NCBI GenBank assembly: GCA_965235115.1
Contig: OZ249440.1
Span: 35,342,001 to 35,406,000, forward strand
Length of the DNA stretch: 64,000 bases
Reading direction: 5' to 3'
Origin: Laetmonice hystrix
Lineage: Eukaryota
In this document: piece after piece, positions 59,716-64,000 of the stretch
How positions within the stretch are numbered: the stretch's first letter is position 1
Layout of the letters: the number at the start of each line of letters is the position of its first letter
Notes under the pieces: model-generated
Told to the model about the DNA's origin: nothing
The model's database searches: none
Seen by the model: only the letters and a program-made list of their open reading frames with translations
Made by a program: the position numbers and the translations under genes

Positions 59716-60350
59716 CAGGGGCGGATCTGCACTCTTTCTTTTTGAAGAATTGACAAATATTATTGTTAGGCTAGGTCTAAATACAGCCACGTGTCTAGGA
59801 TTTTCAGCAGGGTGCTCTCGGAAATTTTTTAAAATAAGAAGCTCTTAAGCTGTATCCTCACTGGACGCGTGCGACGCGAGCGACGCGCGCGTTTTTCTTT
59901 AGAAGTAATGGAAATGAATGGAACGCGTCACAAAAAATGCCGCACGCGTCGCGCGCGGTCAGTGCAGATGGATCCATTCATTTCCATTATTTCTAAAAAG
60001 AACGCGCGCGTCGCTCGCGTCGCACACGTCCAGTGAGGATAAAGCTTTAGACGCGATTTTTCCGCCTAAACTCAACGAGTTTAAAATAGGCGGAATGCTT
60101 GGCACCTGTTCGTTCGATGTTGTTCTGTTGAATCTAAGGGAAAAAGAATCTATGCTCTGGGGGAACAAGAGAGGGGGTACAACCCCCGGACCCCTACCGA
60201 CATGCGCCTGAAATACTTTAAGAAACTTTACATCTAGCTCCAGAAATAACGTTCTTTGACTTTCTAAATTCAAGTCTCCCCCCCCCCGCGCCCATGTTCG
60301 CCTTGCACCTTTCCTGCCCCTCCTTTCTTGCAGTACTGGATCTGAGCCTG
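59716..60350. mobile_element. Old CAG...CTG MITE (~5-bp TSD) fixed in the Helentron body; paralog at 62479-62938
   Basis: CATGT|CAGGGGCGGATCTG...CTGGATCTGAGCCTG|CATGA. Confidence 0.6.
59848..60046. mobile_element. Harbinger-like MITE with TSD TTA
   Basis: TTA|AGCTGTATCCTCACTGGACG...CGTCCAGTGAGGATAAAGCT|TTA; empty site in paralogs near 20812 and 23657. Confidence 0.85.
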
Positions 60351-60952
60351 CATGAAAGCAGGAGCATGACGTATGAGATTATAATGATGTTAACATTATT
60401 TTCTTTAGCCTATAACTCGTAAACGGTGAAAGATGGAGCCATGGTTACTATTGAAAAGGAATAGGAAGTCATATACATTGTATGCTCTTTCAATTGACAC
60501 CATTATTTATTATGTAGCGTGTCAAATGATGTTATAATGATGCCATTGACATCTTCTATAGGGCTTGTATGTAATAAACCATTCAAGATAGAGCCATGGT
60601 TACAACTTAACACGAATAGGAAGTCATATGATCTTTCGCTTGACATTTTTTACGTGACGTGTCCCATGACATCATAAGGTGTCATAGATATTTTTCTCAG
60701 GGCAATAACTTGTAAATGGTTGAAGTTGGAACTATAGTTACTATTTTAAATCACTAATAGAAAGTACACGACCAAGATTTATTCCGTAGCCTGACGTGTC
60801 ACCTCATAATTACGTCATTTACCTCTTCTAAAGCTTATAAGTCATTCACTGCACAAGATTGAGCCATATTGTTTACCCCACTCAGAACGTGTCATATATG
60901 ACGTGACTCCCCGGGGATGGGATCAATTGTGGTGTCGCCACAACGTGTCTAG

Positions 60953-63117
60953 TTTTTGGCGTCGTAGTTGTAGTAGTAGTAGTAGTAAACTTGTATGTCT
61001 ATCTCAGTCAATTTTCAAAATATCAAAATGAAATTTGGCACACATCTTGACAATGACAAAGTATGGTCAGGCATCGAATCCTGACGTCATGTAACGTCAC
61101 GTCATGACGTGATGACGTCAAACGTATTATGAAAATTGAAGCCATTTTTAAGCTCATATTGGGAATTTTTTTTAAAAACCCGTCATGCCCTCATAATCGG
61201 CCAAAGGTGCTGCCTCAATTTGAGTCTTGATTTGACCTTTGACCTTTGACCTTAGGGTGAACTGGGTCATTGGTCACAAATCGGTTAAATTGCTTCTCCT
61301 TCTCTATTTTTTGGTAAAATTCGACAATATTCGGCAAAAACACTCTCTAACGAAAGGTTCACAATACGATTCCAAGGATTAGCGATTTGACCTATTTTCG
61401 CCGAACCACGTGACTTTGAAGTTTGTCACTTTTGACATTTTTTTCTAAAACTGCTTTAGTCATATAGGAATCGTGTATTTGGTCACTAGATATGTGCTGC
61501 TATTGACGATTGGTCACTTTGCATATTTCTTTTCATAAATTTACCAATATCTTTTTTATTTATGATGAAATAATGTAATCTGACGTTGACAGGCTCTACC
61601 TTAAACCTGTTTAAGATAGCCATATACAAATACAACAATTACAAAGTGTATAGATTCAGGTATACCACTGACTGTTTAGTTCTTGTTTTGGAAAGGTAAT
61701 ATGGCCAGAATTGTAAGTTTTAATGGGTATAGTCTTCACTATAATATTTTTACACTCTGACAGGTGGCATCTCTGAATACACAAATCACCTGCTGGGAGG
61801 CCAGAGCCAGGGTCGGCAGAGGGTTACGTAAGCGCTGGTGATAAGGGCCGGCCAGGCGGCCGGGTCGGCAGGCGGGTTGTGACTCCGCCCCCTCCCTCCC
61901 AGTCAGGGTCGGTTTGGTGGAGGATGATTGTGTATTCAGAACTGACATAACTGAATTAGCTGTGCCTTGGAACTGTAGATATAACTGTCTAATGCATTTG
62001 TTTTTAAATCTTACATAGGAGAGCTGAATAAAACACTAGGCTACTACTGATTGTTGGCTGTGGAGTTCAAGAGACACGGCAAACTTTTGGCCAGCTGCAC
62101 TTGGTTTCAGCGTGAGCCAACAGCCTGGTGTGGATGGCATTCGCACCTATTGTTCTTGAGTCTGTGATATTTGTCATGATGCCCGTAACGGGTATAATCC
62201 ATATAATCCATCAGGACTATAATATTTCATAATGTCAAAAGAATACTTAGTAACTTCCATGTGAATAGAAATGACGCTATTGTTGGGACAATAATTAAAT
62301 GAGAGAAAAATATAGGTAATGATAGAAAACCATTCGGGAAATGGGACCTACCTGTATTGCTTGGCAATCAGAGTCTCTAGATATAATTACGATTTTAATG
62401 TATCCTTCCACAATGATTAATATATCAAAATAGGTAGATATACCATGCAGTAGATCTCTATGATCCCTTTCGACATGTCAGGGGCGTATCTGCACTCTTT
62501 CTTTTTAAAGAATTGACATTATTGTTAGGCTAGGTCTAAATACAGCCACGTATCTAGGATTTTCAGCAGGGTGGTCGCCGAAATGTTTTTTTTTTTAAAT
62601 TAGAAGCCTTTTATGGACCCATTTAGTGCACTATATTTTGTGTAGGCCTATTCATCACTCAACCAGTTTAAATTGGCAGAATGCTTTGCACCTGTTCGTT
62701 CGATGGTGTCCCGCTGAATCTAAGGAAAAATGAATCTATGCTCTGGGGGAGCAGGAGAGGGGGTCCAACCCCCGGACCCCTACATGCGCCTGAAATACTT
62801 TGAGAAACTTCACATCTAGCTCCAGAAGTAACGTTCTTTGACTTTCTAAATTCAAGTCCCCCCCCCCCCCCCCCCGCGCCCATGTTCGCCTTGCACCTTT
62901 GGTGCCCCTCCTTTCTTGCGGTACTGGATCTGAGCCTGCATGAAAGCAGGATCATGACGTATGAGATTATAATGATATTAACATTATTTTCCTAAGCCTC
63001 CAACTCGTAAACGGTGAAAGATTGAGCCATGGTTACTATTGAACAGGAATAGGAAGTCGTATATCACGTGACTCCCCGGGGATGGGATCAATTGTGGTAT
63101 CGCCACAACGTGTCTAG
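60953..63117 (+). mobile_element. Non-autonomous Helentron body, last unit
   Basis: Same start (TTTTTGGCGTCG) and same 3' end as unit 1; followed by TTTTTT and unrelated flank. Confidence 0.85.
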
Positions 63118-63279
63118 TTTTTTATGGTTTCATGGAAATCAGTGCAGATCTAGAGCTTTTAGTAAGTAATCAGTGGTAGATCTAATTGTGGAAATGCAGA
63201 CATAGGATACGTAACAGTGTAGTCAAAGTAACAATATAAAATTAACACTGCCCTCCCTCCACTCAAATACCCTTGCCGG

Positions 63280-63835
63280 TGTCACATCGAAAAGTGACCC
63301 CCGTGGTAAATTGACCCCCGGGTCACTTTTCCACAGTGGAAAAGTGACCCTCCTTGTGGTAATCTGACCATCAAGGAAAAGTTTAGACATTTCTTGTTCT
63401 GTTTATTTTTTATATTTATGGAAAGGATACAAAAGGATGTTTTTGTTCACATGTCGTACTCAATTTGTCAATCTGCGCAATTTGCAAATAGTGTTATTTC
63501 AAATAGACCTAACCCTAAACTTACCTTAACCCTAACCGAGGGGCGTACAGGTAGCACCCGTATCTGCTGGTTTGCCCTTTTAAATTTGCGCAAGTTGCGA
63601 AAGTGAGTACTGCTGAACAGGTGTCAAAACTATTGAAAAATACCAAGAAGCAGGAAAATGACGATAGATTCCAATGTAAAGACGTTATGCCTAATAACTA
63701 TGTTATTCAACCTGGGTCATTTTTCCACAGGGGAGGTCACTTTTCCACTGTGGTAAAAGGACCCGGGGGTCGATTTACAACGTGGTAAATTGACCCCCGG
63801 GTCACTTTACCACGGGGTCACTTTACCACATCACA
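63280..63835. mobile_element. Ginger-like non-autonomous element
   Basis: CCGG|TGTCACA...ATCACA|CCTG: TGT...ACA termini, 4-bp TSD with 3/4 match, long imperfect TIRs made of AAAGTGACCCC repeats. Confidence 0.6.
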
Positions 63836-64000
63836 CCTGGTTCTTAATCTGGAGAACGATTATGTCTTCTCTTGAAGCTTCAGCTAGAGAAATTCCGGTT
63901 TCTAGTTCTTTAATTGCATCCGCTTTGTTACCGGTAGGGGGCCTATAGCAAACGCTGACAGTAGTTCTCTTAAAGGTGGGGGATCTAATTTTAATCCACA

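Larger units (their letters stand above)
59085..60952 (+). mobile_element. Right portion of a Helentron body with canonical 3' end
   Basis: Colinear with ~61838-63117; ends GGGGATGGGATCAATTGTGGTGTCGCCACAACGTGTCTAG then TTTTT. Confidence 0.85.
18283..63117 (+). mobile_element. Helentron (Helitron2/DINE-1-like) tandem or nested array, ~45 kb
   Basis: 5' subTIR ATCCCATCCCC with an adjacent inverted copy, then a (GTA)n microsatellite. 3' ends GGGGATGGGAT-CAA-TTGTGG..CCACAA hairpin-CGTGTCTAG plus T-run at 21730, 60952 and 63117. No TSD. Internal Rep-helicase-endonuclease ORF. Confidence 0.88.

Overview
Eukaryotic DNA, probably from an invertebrate (species not identifiable from the sequence), made almost entirely of nested DNA transposons; I found no recognisable host gene, RNA gene or CRISPR array. 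All family assignments come from motifs read by eye, with no database searches. Left part (1 to ~17 kb): an animal EnSpm/CACTA(CMC)-type element with a single-exon transposase (10399-12309, -) and an intact 8-exon DUF4806-like companion gene (101-9157, -). A complete Sola2-type transposon (598-4857, TSD TACA) sits in the last intron of that gene. Right part (18283-63117): a ~45-kb Helentron (Helitron2-group) array with two stacked 5' heads, three canonical 3' ends and one variant internal 3' end. Its middle unit encodes a reconstructed 3019-aa protein: tandem repeats, a herpes-tegument-like deubiquitinase plus an inactive second copy, HUH Rep, PIF1-type helicase and AP endonuclease. This ORF is broken by one 1326-bp MITE with a 6-bp TSD. 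Facing it is an intact 5-exon RPA-like OB-fold gene (52060-55905, -) that the ORF track misses. About 20 MITEs are scattered throughout (Kolobok-, Harbinger-, MULE-, mariner- and Ginger-like, and CAG...CTG elements with 5- or 6-bp TSDs), along with minisatellites and TA-duplicating GGCTA/GCCTA micro-insertions.
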